Shown: one piece after another, positions 49,961 to 58,376 of the stretch | Layout of the letters: each line of letters begins with the position of its first letter | How positions within the stretch are numbered: position 1 is the first letter of the stretch | Source: Eubacteriales bacterium | Lineage (GTDB): Bacteria > Bacillota > Clostridia > Oscillospirales > CAG-272 | Length of the DNA: 64,000 bases | Direction of reading: 5' to 3' | Assembly: GCA_045594445.1 (NCBI GenBank) | Contig: JAZNYL010000111.1 | Span: 10,087 to 74,086, forward strand | Position numbers and translations under genes: made by a program | The notes under the pieces: model-generated | What the model was told of the DNA's origin: nothing | Database searches by the model: none | The model's input: only the letters and a program-made list of their open reading frames with translations

Positions 49961-51202
49961 TCAAAGAATGATCTGCTCGGGCAGGCCGTTCACGTACTCG
50001 GGGGATCTCTCGCCCAAAATCAGCGGACGCAGATATGCAAGGCATGCGTCGGTGATACCGTTATGCTCTGCGTTGATATACTCGTCGGGCACACGCTTGA
50101 TCTTGTTGGCGATCTCGTGCACGTCGGCGCAGTCTATCTCGCAAGCATAGGGCACGCTCGAAATTCTGCGATACAGCATCATCTTGCCGCTCTCGCCCTG
50201 CTCTGCTGCGAGGGCTGCCGCGCGACCGATGGCAACCGAATCCGCAATATCGGTAGCGGACACCAGATGTCCCGCGCAGCGCTGGCAAACGTTGAGCTCC
50301 ACCGAGCGCACCTTGCAGCCGATGCGGTCACGCACCGCATACTCCAGCGCCTTGCCCGTACCTGCCAGATACTGGTGGCCGAACACGTCCTTGACGCCGC
50401 TCTGCGCACCTGCACCCACGTACGTGCCGTCGGCAAAGCGAATACCCTCGGAAACCGCTACCACCACGTTGGGATGACGCTCAAGTGCCGCCTTGACGCT
50501 GCTGATAAATTCATCCATGCAGAAGGGCTTTTCGGGCAGGTAGACAAGATCCGGCTCCTCGCCGTTTGCCAATCTGCCGAGTGCGGCCGAGGTGGTCAGC
50601 CAGCCTGCGTCTCTGCCCATGATCTCCACGATAGTGACCGCCTTGCTGGTATATACGGCTGCATCACGGATGATCTCGGACACGGTGGTTGCCACGTACT
50701 TTGCAGCCGAGCCGAATCCGGGTGTGTGGTCGGTGCCCTCCAGGTCGTTGTCAATCGTCTTGGGCACGCCCATGACGCGCATGTCGTAGCCGCTCTCTGC
50801 CACGAATGCAGACAGCTTGGACACGGTATCCATGGAGTCGTTACCGCCGATATAGAAGAAATAGCGGATGTCGTATTTTTTGAAAACGGTCAGCAGCTGC
50901 TCGTAGAACGCGGGATCGTCCTCGTGCTTTGGCAATTTTTTGCGGCAGGAGCCAAGCGCCGCTGCAGGCGTCAGTTCCAAGGCCGCGAGCTTTTTCTCGT
51001 CCTCGGCGAAAATTCCGAGGTCTACAAGGCGTTCCTGCATCAACCCCTCGATGCCGTTGCGCATACCGTACAGCTTACCGATCGCGCCCTCTCTTTGGTT
51101 GATCTCGATCACGCCGCGAATCACGCCCGCTAAGGTTGCGTTGATTGCCGCGGTCGGTCCGCCCGACTGTCCCACAACTGCGTTTCCGTATAATTTGCTC
51201 AT
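49961..51202 (-). CDS. pfp: Phosphofructokinase with pyrophosphate-dependent signature residues (PPi-PFK)
   Basis: The PFK family is shown by GQSGGPTAAINA and PKTIDNDL. GGNDS places Asp at the E. coli position 104 and PKT places Lys at position 124, the residue pair associated with PPi use. Confidence 0.8.
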   Translation of the reverse strand: MSKLYGNAVVGQSGGPTAAINATLAGVIRGVIEINQREGAIGKLYGMRNGIEGLMQERLVDLGIFAEDEKKLAALELTPAAALGSCRKKLPKHEDDPAFYEQLLTVFKKYDIRYFFYIGGNDSMDTVSKLSAFVAESGYDMRVMGVPKTIDNDLEGTDHTPGFGSAAKYVATTVSEIIRDAAVYTSKAVTIVEIMGRDAGWLTTSAALGRLANGEEPDLVYLPEKPFCMDEFISSVKAALERHPNVVVAVSEGIRFADGTYVGAGAQSGVKDVFGHQYLAGTGKALEYAVRDRIGCKVRSVELNVCQRCAGHLVSATDIADSVAIGRAAALAAEQGESGKMMLYRRISSVPYACEIDCADVHEIANKIKRVPDEYINAEHNGITDACLAYLRPLILGERSPEYVNGLPEQIIL

Positions 51203-51404
51203 ATATTTTTCCCTTTCTTTTGGTGCAGAATTTCTGCTTTTAGTATACCATATTGCGTCTCAATTGTCAACGCAAAAAGCGCAAGTCCACACGTTCACAA
51301 AACGTTTACAAATATTTTTTTCCAAATACGCGAACGTTTTTGCAAAAAATGCGATTTTACAGATGAAGGTGGAGCTTCAAATATACCCAAAGGAGAGCTG
51401 AGTG

Positions 51405-52784
51405 ATGAGAAAAATACTGATTTGGATAAGCTTTTTACTGCTTTGCAGCACGCTTTTTGCTTGCGGTGCACAGCAGCAACTGCCTGCGGTTGACCTCAGC
51501 TCTCCTGCAACGACCGCCAAGCAGGCACTTACCTACATGGACGCGCAGCTGGCGGCGCAAAAAAGCTATCGCGCAGATGGAATGACAGAATTTATTCTGT
51601 ATACGCAAGGCGTTCGGGTGCGCAGCGAGATGGAAACCGTTACGATTGAGGACGCGGGCGAGCGGACAAGCGATTATTATTCCTATGGTCACAGCGACGG
51701 AACCATGCAAATAGGCTCCAAGAAATACGACGTTTTTACCGTTGAGGCCTATGCGGACGGCGTTGCCTATTCGTCGGTTTCGCAAAACAAAAAGAAACGA
51801 AAATTGCGCGCGAAAATGTCACTTCCCGCCTATATTGAGTACCGCAATCAAGAGCAGGCCTTGCTGGATTTCGACTTTGCGACCTGCGAAAACACAAAGC
51901 TTGAGAAAACCGAAAAAGGTTATCTTGTCACCTGCTCCGGTTATAGCGAGCAGGCCCTGCAAAGCATAGCCGACATGACCGGCATCACAGCCTTCAACGA
52001 CGACACTTTAGCGGATATGCAGGTCACGTTTGCGCTGGACCAAAGCTATCTGCCGCAGAAAATTTCCTTGGAGCTGATCATTACAAGCGAAAACAACTAC
52101 AAGGAATATCCGCCCCATTTCCGCATGGAGCTCAAATTCTCGGAGTACAACGAGGCTGAGCACATTACAAGAAACATTGAGCCCGAGGATTACACCGAGG
52201 TCAAGGATCTGCGCCTGCTTGGCGAGCTGGAGCAAAAGATCCTTGAGACGTTGGACAAAAAGCAGAGCGGCTTTACACGAGAGCTCTCTCATACGATCAC
52301 GGTCGACGGCCAAAGCAGCACCGACACCGTGGTGGACACCGTAGCCACCTTTTCCAACACCGACGAGGGCTTTTCCTTCAAGGCGGAGCTGGAGGACGGC
52401 GACGTGGGCACCAAGGTGACGTACGGCGGCGGAGATCTGATAGGGCTTCCCGGCATCGCGGGATCCAAGATCAATCGCATGAGTGACGAGCAGGCAAAGC
52501 AGTTGCTGTCCGTGCTGATCAACGACCCTTCGTACGGGTACGACGTCACGCGCGTGATCAACATTGAGAAAACCCGCAGCGGCTATCTTGTCCCGTCCGA
52601 AACAAGCTTTCCCGAGCAGCTGGAGGGCTCGCTTGGCATCAACCTTGAACAAGAAAGCGAGACCATTGAATTCGTAATCAAATGGGGCAGGATCACCAAG
52701 ATCATTCACTCATTTGACTCCACGGGAAAATTCAACGGTCAAGAGATACAGTATTCGGGTACTATTACCGTAACGTTTGACTAA
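51405..52784 (+). CDS. Hypothetical lipoprotein (paralogue of the 52801 gene)
   Basis: Lipobox LLCSTLFA|CGAQQQ. I placed the start at the ATG at 51405 (AAGGAGAG RBS). It is colinearly similar to the next gene, e.g. TVEAYADGVAYS/TVEAYSDGMAFS and a C-terminal GTITVTFD/GSISVTFE. Confidence 0.75.
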   Translation: MRKILIWISFLLLCSTLFACGAQQQLPAVDLSSPATTAKQALTYMDAQLAAQKSYRADGMTEFILYTQGVRVRSEMETVTIEDAGERTSDYYSYGHSDGTMQIGSKKYDVFTVEAYADGVAYSSVSQNKKKRKLRAKMSLPAYIEYRNQEQALLDFDFATCENTKLEKTEKGYLVTCSGYSEQALQSIADMTGITAFNDDTLADMQVTFALDQSYLPQKISLELIITSENNYKEYPPHFRMELKFSEYNEAEHITRNIEPEDYTEVKDLRLLGELEQKILETLDKKQSGFTRELSHTITVDGQSSTDTVVDTVATFSNTDEGFSFKAELEDGDVGTKVTYGGGDLIGLPGIAGSKINRMSDEQAKQLLSVLINDPSYGYDVTRVINIEKTRSGYLVPSETSFPEQLEGSLGINLEQESETIEFVIKWGRITKIIHSFDSTGKFNGQEIQYSGTITVTFD

Positions 52785-52800
52785 ATAAAGGAGGACGACT

Positions 52801-54192
52801 ATGAAAAAAAGACTTTCTATCATTGCACTATTACTGTTATTTTCGCTGATGCTTGCGTCCTGCGACAGCCTTTTGGGCGTGCTCCCTGCCCCCATGACGG
52901 CCAATGCGCTTGAGCGACGCGTCAATTTCAAAATGAACGATTATAAAAGCTACCGCGTCGATATTGAAATGACCTACACCACTTACGTAAGCGGCAAGAT
53001 CACGGGCACGGCCAAGGGCTTTATGATTGAAGATCAAGGAGAGAGCAAGGACGACTACTACTCTTACATGGAGCTGCAAAACGAGGTCAAAAACGGTTCT
53101 GCCTCGATCCGCATCAGAACCGTGGAGGCATATAGCGACGGGATGGCGTTCTCGGTATTCGGTGACGGATCCGCTACGCGCAGACTGTATGCCGAAATGT
53201 CGGTCAAGGAATACAACGCATACAGACAGGGCGAGAGCGTAACTCAGTTGAATTTGGAGGATTGCAAAAGCTCCGAAATGGAAAAGACCGCGGATGGGTA
53301 CTTGCTGAAATATTCGGAATACACGCCCCGGGCAATCGAGCAGTTTGCGCGTGCCTCGGGACTTGATGGGGACTTATTTGGCGAGGATCTCAAGGATCTG
53401 ATCGTGACCATGGAGGTCAACCATGATTACCTGCCCACCAAGGTCACACTGGATCTGGTGTTTGACGTGGAGGAGGGTGCTTACTATCAGCCCAAGGCAA
53501 GCATGACAATGACGTATTCGCAGTTTGGCGAAGCCGAGCGCGTTACAAAAGGATTGGATCCCGATAACTACACAAAAATTGAAAGCCTTTCCCTTCTCAA
53601 GGATCTGCAGCAGCTGATCGACGACAGAACGGATGCCAAGAAGGGCTCTTTCACCTACTCATCCTCGCAAAGCGCGTCACTCATGACGCAAAGCGAGAAG
53701 CAGAATCAGACAAGCAAGGTCACCTTTGAGCGAACCAAGGACGGCCTTACCTACGAGATGGACGTTACGGGCGACGGCGTGACAAGCTATCACGCAGAAT
53801 ATGCAAACGGTGAGCTGAGCACCGAAACCAACGGAACAACCAAAACCAGTAAGCTGGATCAAGACAAGGCAGAAAAGACGATTGCCGAGCTGATTAACGA
53901 TCCCGCTATGGGATATAACGTAAACTATATCTCCAACGTTGAAAAGACCGACACAGGCTATCTGGTCACCATGCTGGTCACCAAGAACAGTACCTTGGGG
54001 CGCAGCGTTGCAGCCTCGGGCGCAAGCTTCGGCAACGGCACGCACACCATTGAATTCGTGCTGGACGGTGACGAGCTGAAGTCCATGACCGTGCATTACA
54101 AAGCGCAGGGCGGCGTCACCATTGATATGGGCTGGAATACCTCAACGGCAACACTGCACGTAAGCGGCAGTATTTCGGTAACCTTTGAATAA
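52801..54192 (+). CDS. Hypothetical lipoprotein (paralogue of the 51405 gene)
   Basis: Lipobox LFSLMLAS|CDSLLG. An AGGAGGA RBS is present. It has the same length and block order as the upstream gene. Confidence 0.75.
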   Translation: MKKRLSIIALLLLFSLMLASCDSLLGVLPAPMTANALERRVNFKMNDYKSYRVDIEMTYTTYVSGKITGTAKGFMIEDQGESKDDYYSYMELQNEVKNGSASIRIRTVEAYSDGMAFSVFGDGSATRRLYAEMSVKEYNAYRQGESVTQLNLEDCKSSEMEKTADGYLLKYSEYTPRAIEQFARASGLDGDLFGEDLKDLIVTMEVNHDYLPTKVTLDLVFDVEEGAYYQPKASMTMTYSQFGEAERVTKGLDPDNYTKIESLSLLKDLQQLIDDRTDAKKGSFTYSSSQSASLMTQSEKQNQTSKVTFERTKDGLTYEMDVTGDGVTSYHAEYANGELSTETNGTTKTSKLDQDKAEKTIAELINDPAMGYNVNYISNVEKTDTGYLVTMLVTKNSTLGRSVAASGASFGNGTHTIEFVLDGDELKSMTVHYKAQGGVTIDMGWNTSTATLHVSGSISVTFE

Positions 54193-54206
54193 ATCACAAA
54201 ACATCC

Positions 54207-54241
54207 TTTCCCTGCCGCACATTGCGGCAGGGAAATTTTTG
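54207..54241 (+). terminator. Rho-independent terminator after the lipoprotein pair
   Basis: TTTCCCTGCCGC ACATT GCGGCAGGGAAA is a 12-bp stem followed by TTTTTG. Confidence 0.8.
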
Positions 54242-54254
54242 TCCATTTTTGCCG

Positions 54255-54283
54255 TTGACAAGCGTGGCTGTCGGTGCTATAAT
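54255..54283 (+). promoter_or_regulatory. Consensus sigma-A-type promoter upstream of mgtE
   Basis: TTGACA (54255-54260), a 17-nt spacer, then TATAAT (54278-54283). Confidence 0.6.
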
Positions 54284-54336
54284 GAAAATGGTATGGAATT
54301 GTCATTTCCAACCATACTAATACACACGAAAGCGGG

Positions 54337-55974
54337 GTGACTCTCTTGCAAGAGAACAAAGACAACAAGCCGGACGAGCTTGAAGAGAACCGAAACCCAA
54401 GCACATACCAACAAGAACCACCCGCTCCCCGACAGTGTGAGGATGAAGACGAGCAAGAGAGAGCCGAGCGCGCTCTGGACGAGCAGTTTGAGCGCGAGGA
54501 GCAGGAACAGGAGCGCGAGGTTGAGCAGGACGAGCAGGCTCTGGCCGAGGACGAAATGCCCGACTCCTACGAGGAGATCATCGAGGACACCTTCGAGAGC
54601 TTGGAAGATCTGCTTGACAATAAAAAATACGCCGATTTCGTGCGCGAACTGGAAAAGCTCAACCCGATTGACGCCGCAGATTTCTTTGAAAATCTGCCTC
54701 CCAAGCGAATTCCCGCCGTGTTCCGTCTGCTCAAAAAGGACAGCGCGGCAGAAGTTTTTGCCGAGCTGGACGTACCTATTCAGGAGCGCATCATCTCTGC
54801 TATGACCGACCGAGAGATTTCGGTCATCGTGGAAGACTTGTTCCTTGACGACGCGGTTGACATGCTTTCCGAAATGCCTGCCAACATCGTGCGCCGCATC
54901 AAAAAGAACACCACGCCCGAAACACGTGCACAGATCAACAGGTTGCTTGCCTACCCCGAGGACAGTGCGGGCAGCGTCATGACCTCTGAGTTTGTTGACC
55001 TGCGCAAATCCATGACGGTTTCCGAGGCCATCAAGCACATCAGACAGACCGGTATTGACAAGGAAACCGTATACACCGCCTACGTGGTGGACGACCGCCG
55101 CATTCTGGAGGGCATCGTATCCTTCAAGGATCTGCTGTTCTCTCCCCGTGACGCTCTGATCGGCGACATTATGGAGCCCAACATCATTTACGCAAACACG
55201 CTGGACGACCAGGAAACGGTTGCCGACATCATTGCAAAGTATAACCTGCTCTCGCTGCCCATCGTGGACCGTGAGTTGCGCCTTGTGGGTATCGTAACCG
55301 TCGACGACGCTTTGGACGTCCTGGAAGAAGAAACCACCGAGGACATTGAAAAAATGGCGGCAATTTTGCCGACCGACAAGCCCTATATGCGTACGGGCGT
55401 TTGGGAAAACTTTACCAAGCGTATCCCGTGGCTGCTGCTTCTGATGCTGACCGCGACCTTTACGGGCACCATCATCACCATGCTGGAGGGCAAGATCGAC
55501 GCGTTGGACTTCCCGCTGGTGCTTTCCCTTTCTGCGTTTATCCCCATGCTGATGAGCACGGGCGGTAACGCAGGCGGACAGTCGTCTGTTACGGTCATTC
55601 GTGCGCTCTCGCTGGGCGAGATTGAGCCCAAGGACATTTTGCGCGTGGTCTGGAAGGAGCTGCGTATCGCATGCCTGTGCGGCTTGACGGTATTCGTTGC
55701 ATGCTTTGTAAAGACTTGGGCGATCGACTGCAAGTTCCACACCGAGCCGGAGTATCTCATGATCGCGTTGGCGGTCAGTGCGACCGTATTTGTGGCCATC
55801 GTGCTGGCAAAGCTGATCGGTGCGATGCTGCCGATCGGTGCGAAGGTGATCAAGCTTGACCCGTCGGTCATGGCATCGCCGTTTATTACGACCATTGTGG
55901 ACACGCTGACGCTGTTGGTCTATTTTCTGATCGTCATTTACCTGCTGGTGCCCCAGATGGCAGCGGTGATGTAA
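54337..55974 (+). CDS. mgtE: Magnesium transporter MgtE (with a possible ~73-aa hyper-acidic N-terminal extension; alternative start ATG 54556)
   Basis: MgtE N-domain, tandem CBS domains and a 5-TM domain (DDAVDMLSEM, PIVD...LVGIVTVDDALDV, GGNAGGQS). The start is uncertain: a GTG at 54337 with a weak RBS, or the ATG at 54556 preceded by GAGGA. Confidence 0.88.
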   Translation: MTLLQENKDNKPDELEENRNPSTYQQEPPAPRQCEDEDEQERAERALDEQFEREEQEQEREVEQDEQALAEDEMPDSYEEIIEDTFESLEDLLDNKKYADFVRELEKLNPIDAADFFENLPPKRIPAVFRLLKKDSAAEVFAELDVPIQERIISAMTDREISVIVEDLFLDDAVDMLSEMPANIVRRIKKNTTPETRAQINRLLAYPEDSAGSVMTSEFVDLRKSMTVSEAIKHIRQTGIDKETVYTAYVVDDRRILEGIVSFKDLLFSPRDALIGDIMEPNIIYANTLDDQETVADIIAKYNLLSLPIVDRELRLVGIVTVDDALDVLEEETTEDIEKMAAILPTDKPYMRTGVWENFTKRIPWLLLLMLTATFTGTIITMLEGKIDALDFPLVLSLSAFIPMLMSTGGNAGGQSSVTVIRALSLGEIEPKDILRVVWKELRIACLCGLTVFVACFVKTWAIDCKFHTEPEYLMIALAVSATVFVAIVLAKLIGAMLPIGAKVIKLDPSVMASPFITTIVDTLTLLVYFLIVIYLLVPQMAAVM

Positions 55975-56037
55975 GCAATTGCTCTCACAAAGCGAAGAAT
56001 TGTGTAACGCCCGCCACCATACGGACGGCCCACTCAC

Positions 56038-56278
56038 GAAAGTTTTCGCCCGCCTTTTTCAGAAAAGCATGGTGGCGTGTGAATATTGCCGATATTTCGA
56101 GTGTGATTGACGCCACCCGATGTTGAATTTCTGCGAAATTCAACATCCAAAAGGCAACCGGCAACGCCCTCGTCGCCTCCGCAGAGGCGGAACTTTTCCA
56201 CGCTGTTTAATTTGCGAAGCAAATATGTTCTTCTTTGCAGCTCCTTGCTCAAAAAGAACGGAAACGATTTTCTCACAT
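56038..56278 (+). repeat. Hairpin-rich intergenic repeat, copy C-left (full-length type with 5' module)
   Basis: It is colinear with copy A at 30088-30334. Differences cluster as paired changes in the stems. Confidence 0.8.
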
Positions 56279-56288
56279 AAACAAAAAA

Positions 56289-56315
56289 GGGAGTTACCTA
56301 TGCAAGGTAGCTCCC
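56289..56315. terminator. Central bidirectional stem-loop terminator between convergent mgtE and the oxidoreductase gene
   Basis: GGGAGTTACCT ATGCA AGGTAGCTCCC is an 11-bp stem with one mismatch, flanked by AAAAAA and TTAGTTTTT. Confidence 0.7.
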
Positions 56316-56326
56316 TTAGTTTTTGC

Positions 56327-56483
56327 GTTGAGATAATCCTCTCCGTTCTTTTTCTTGGCTATGTAGCCGCAAGAAAAAGAACCAAAAAGAACGGCGATAG
56401 AAGTGTTTCGCGCCTGCGGGCGCGACGAGGGCTTCGCGCCCTCGACCTGCGCAAACTTTTGAAAAAGTTTGATCAAAACTTTT
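56327..56483 (-). repeat. Hairpin-rich intergenic repeat, copy C-right (inverted)
   Basis: Its reverse complement aligns with the B-left and B-right arms, including the blocks GGTCGAGGGCG.GAAG.CCTCGTCGC, GCGAAAC, TTGCGGCTAC and AAGAACGGAGAG. Confidence 0.8.
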
Positions 56484-56508
56484 ATCCTGTAAAGGTCATC
56501 CGCGCGTT

Positions 56509-57894
56509 TTACGCGTTCACTTCCCTGCCTGTGATCTTATCTGCGACGTAAATGCCCATGGCGCCGCTCTGCGACAAGCCTCTGGTAATGCCGCTGCCGT
56601 CACCGATCAGGTATACGCCGTCCATGATCTCAAAGTTCTCGTTATGTCTGGGTCTGATCGAATAGTACTTATTCTCACAGCCGTACAGCAGCGTGTCGTC
56701 GTTTGCACAGCCGGGCGCAACCTTATCCAGCGCATAAATCGTCTCGATAATGTTGGTCAGTGCTCTGTAAGGCATCACCACGCTCAAATCTCCCGGGAAT
56801 GCCTGCAGCGTCGGTCTGACCGTGCTCTGCGACAGTCTGTGCGCGTTGGTTCTTCTGCCTCTGATCAGGTCACCGAATCTCTGCACCATGATGTTGCCCT
56901 CTGCTGCAAAGTTGGTGTTTCTTGCAATGTTCTCGGCATACTCGGTGGGCTTTTGGAAGTCGCCGTCAAAGTGAATGGACGACAAAATTGCAAAGTTGCA
57001 GTTATCGGTCTTCTTCTCGGGCTGCGCGTACGAGTGGCCGTTTGCGGTAATCACGCCGTGGTTATTCTCTGCCGATACAAGCCCGCCCTGATTGAAGCAG
57101 AACATTCTGGTTCTGTCCTCAAACGTCTTGGTGCGGTACAGAATCTTGGGCTCGTAGATCTGCGACGAGAATTCGCGCCAGATAATGTCCTTCATTTCCA
57201 CGCGCACGCCGATGTCCACCGAATTGGAATCCATACGGATGCCAAACTTCTTGCAGGTGCGGATCACGAAATCCGAGCCGCTGCGGCCTGTGGAAATCAC
57301 GATTCTGGCAGCCTGCAGCACCTCTGCCTCACCGCTGCCTCTTTTTTGTGTAACGGCATAGCAACCGTCCTGTTTGTCAATCTCAAGCACCTCTGTCAGG
57401 TCTCTCATCTCCACGCCCTTTTCCTCAAGCGCATCGATCAGGCTCTGCATGGTGGCAAAGTTCTTGTCCGTTCCAAGATGGCGCACATTCATGTCCAAAA
57501 GTCGCAAATTGTTCTGCAGACACTTCAGCTTGAGCTCCTCGTTGGAATGGTACATGGGCGGATAATCATCGGCAAATTGCTCCAGAATGCTATCCACCTG
57601 GTTGATATAGTACATAGCAAGGTCTTCTCCAAGCTCCTCGCCCATCGTGCCGCCGTATGCGGTACCCAAATTGAATTTACCGTCCGAAAATGCACCTGCA
57701 CCGGCATATCCGCTGGTAATGCTGCACACCTTGCAGTGAATGCACTTCTGGTTCTTTCCTGCGGGGCAATGACGCTTGGACAGAGAAAGTCCCTTCTCAA
57801 TTATTACGATTTTCTGTTCGGGATTGTTGACGATTGCACGGTATGCAGCCATCAGGCCACCGATGCCACCGCCGATTATTGCTATATCATACAT
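56509..57894 (-). CDS. FAD-dependent oxidoreductase (COG2509-like uncharacterised dehydrogenase)
   Basis: MYDIAIIGGGIGGLMAAYRA is a dinucleotide-binding motif, and the C-terminal block is LIGDGSGITRGLSQS. I placed the start at the ATG at 57894 (GGAGA RBS) instead of the track's TTG at 57909. Confidence 0.8.
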   Translation of the reverse strand: MYDIAIIGGGIGGLMAAYRAIVNNPEQKIVIIEKGLSLSKRHCPAGKNQKCIHCKVCSITSGYAGAGAFSDGKFNLGTAYGGTMGEELGEDLAMYYINQVDSILEQFADDYPPMYHSNEELKLKCLQNNLRLLDMNVRHLGTDKNFATMQSLIDALEEKGVEMRDLTEVLEIDKQDGCYAVTQKRGSGEAEVLQAARIVISTGRSGSDFVIRTCKKFGIRMDSNSVDIGVRVEMKDIIWREFSSQIYEPKILYRTKTFEDRTRMFCFNQGGLVSAENNHGVITANGHSYAQPEKKTDNCNFAILSSIHFDGDFQKPTEYAENIARNTNFAAEGNIMVQRFGDLIRGRRTNAHRLSQSTVRPTLQAFPGDLSVVMPYRALTNIIETIYALDKVAPGCANDDTLLYGCENKYYSIRPRHNENFEIMDGVYLIGDGSGITRGLSQSGAMGIYVADKITGREVNA

Positions 57895-57934
57895 GGTTGT
57901 ATTCTCCAAAATAAAAATCTGTAAGCGCGAAAAT

Positions 57935-57959
57935 ACGGGGCGGTCATTGGCCGCCCCGT
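57935..57959 (-). terminator. Stem-loop terminator after rplQ
   Basis: ACGGGGCGG TCATTGG CCGCCCCGT is a 9-bp GC-rich stem. On the minus strand it is followed by ATTTTCGCG, a weak U-tract. Confidence 0.55.
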
Positions 57960-57974
57960 GTGTTGATTAACGGA

Positions 57975-58322
57975 TTAATCCTTAATCAGGGTGATGATCG
58001 CCATCTCTGCTGCGTCGCCGCGGCGAGGGCCGGTCTTCAGAATTCTGGTGTAACCACCGTTACGATCTGCATACGCAGGAGCGATTTCGCTGAACAGCTT
58101 GGTTACAACGTCCTCCTTGGTAATGTATGCCAGAGCCGCACGACGGCTTGCAAGTGTATTCTTCTTTCCCAGTGTGATCATCTTCTCTGCAACGGAACGG
58201 ACTTCCTTTGCTCTTGCGAGCGTGGTCTCTACCTGGCCGTTCTCAAGCAGCAGGGTGACCATACCGCGAAGCATAGCTTTTCTATGATCGGTCGTTCTGC
58301 CGAGTTTTCTGGATGCGGGCAT
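57975..58322 (-). CDS. rplQ: 50S ribosomal protein L17
   Basis: [36 protein letters not shown]... Confidence 0.95.
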   Translation of the reverse strand: MPASRKLGRTTDHRKAMLRGMVTLLLENGQVETTLARAKEVRSVAEKMITLGKKNTLASRRAALAYITKEDVVTKLFSEIAPAYADRNGGYTRILKTGPRRGDAAEMAIITLIKD

Positions 58323-58376
58323 TGTTTTATCCCTCCTTCTGCTAAACTACTTATACAATGATTTGCTGCTTTTGGC

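Noticed and set aside
49607-51133. A 508-aa plus-strand ORF.
   Set aside because: It is antisense to the SDR and phosphofructokinase genes. It is a shadow ORF.
54193-54336. An M-box or other riboswitch directly upstream of mgtE.
   Set aside because: The 144-nt spacer is fully accounted for by a terminator, a consensus promoter and a short leader. No M-box-like conserved segments are visible.
54277-56037. A 586-aa minus-strand ORF spanning the whole mgtE locus.
   Set aside because: It is antisense to a gene with clear MgtE homology. It has a His/Arg/Gln/Val-rich low-complexity composition, no RBS and no recognisable domain. This is a typical shadow ORF in GC-rich coding DNA.
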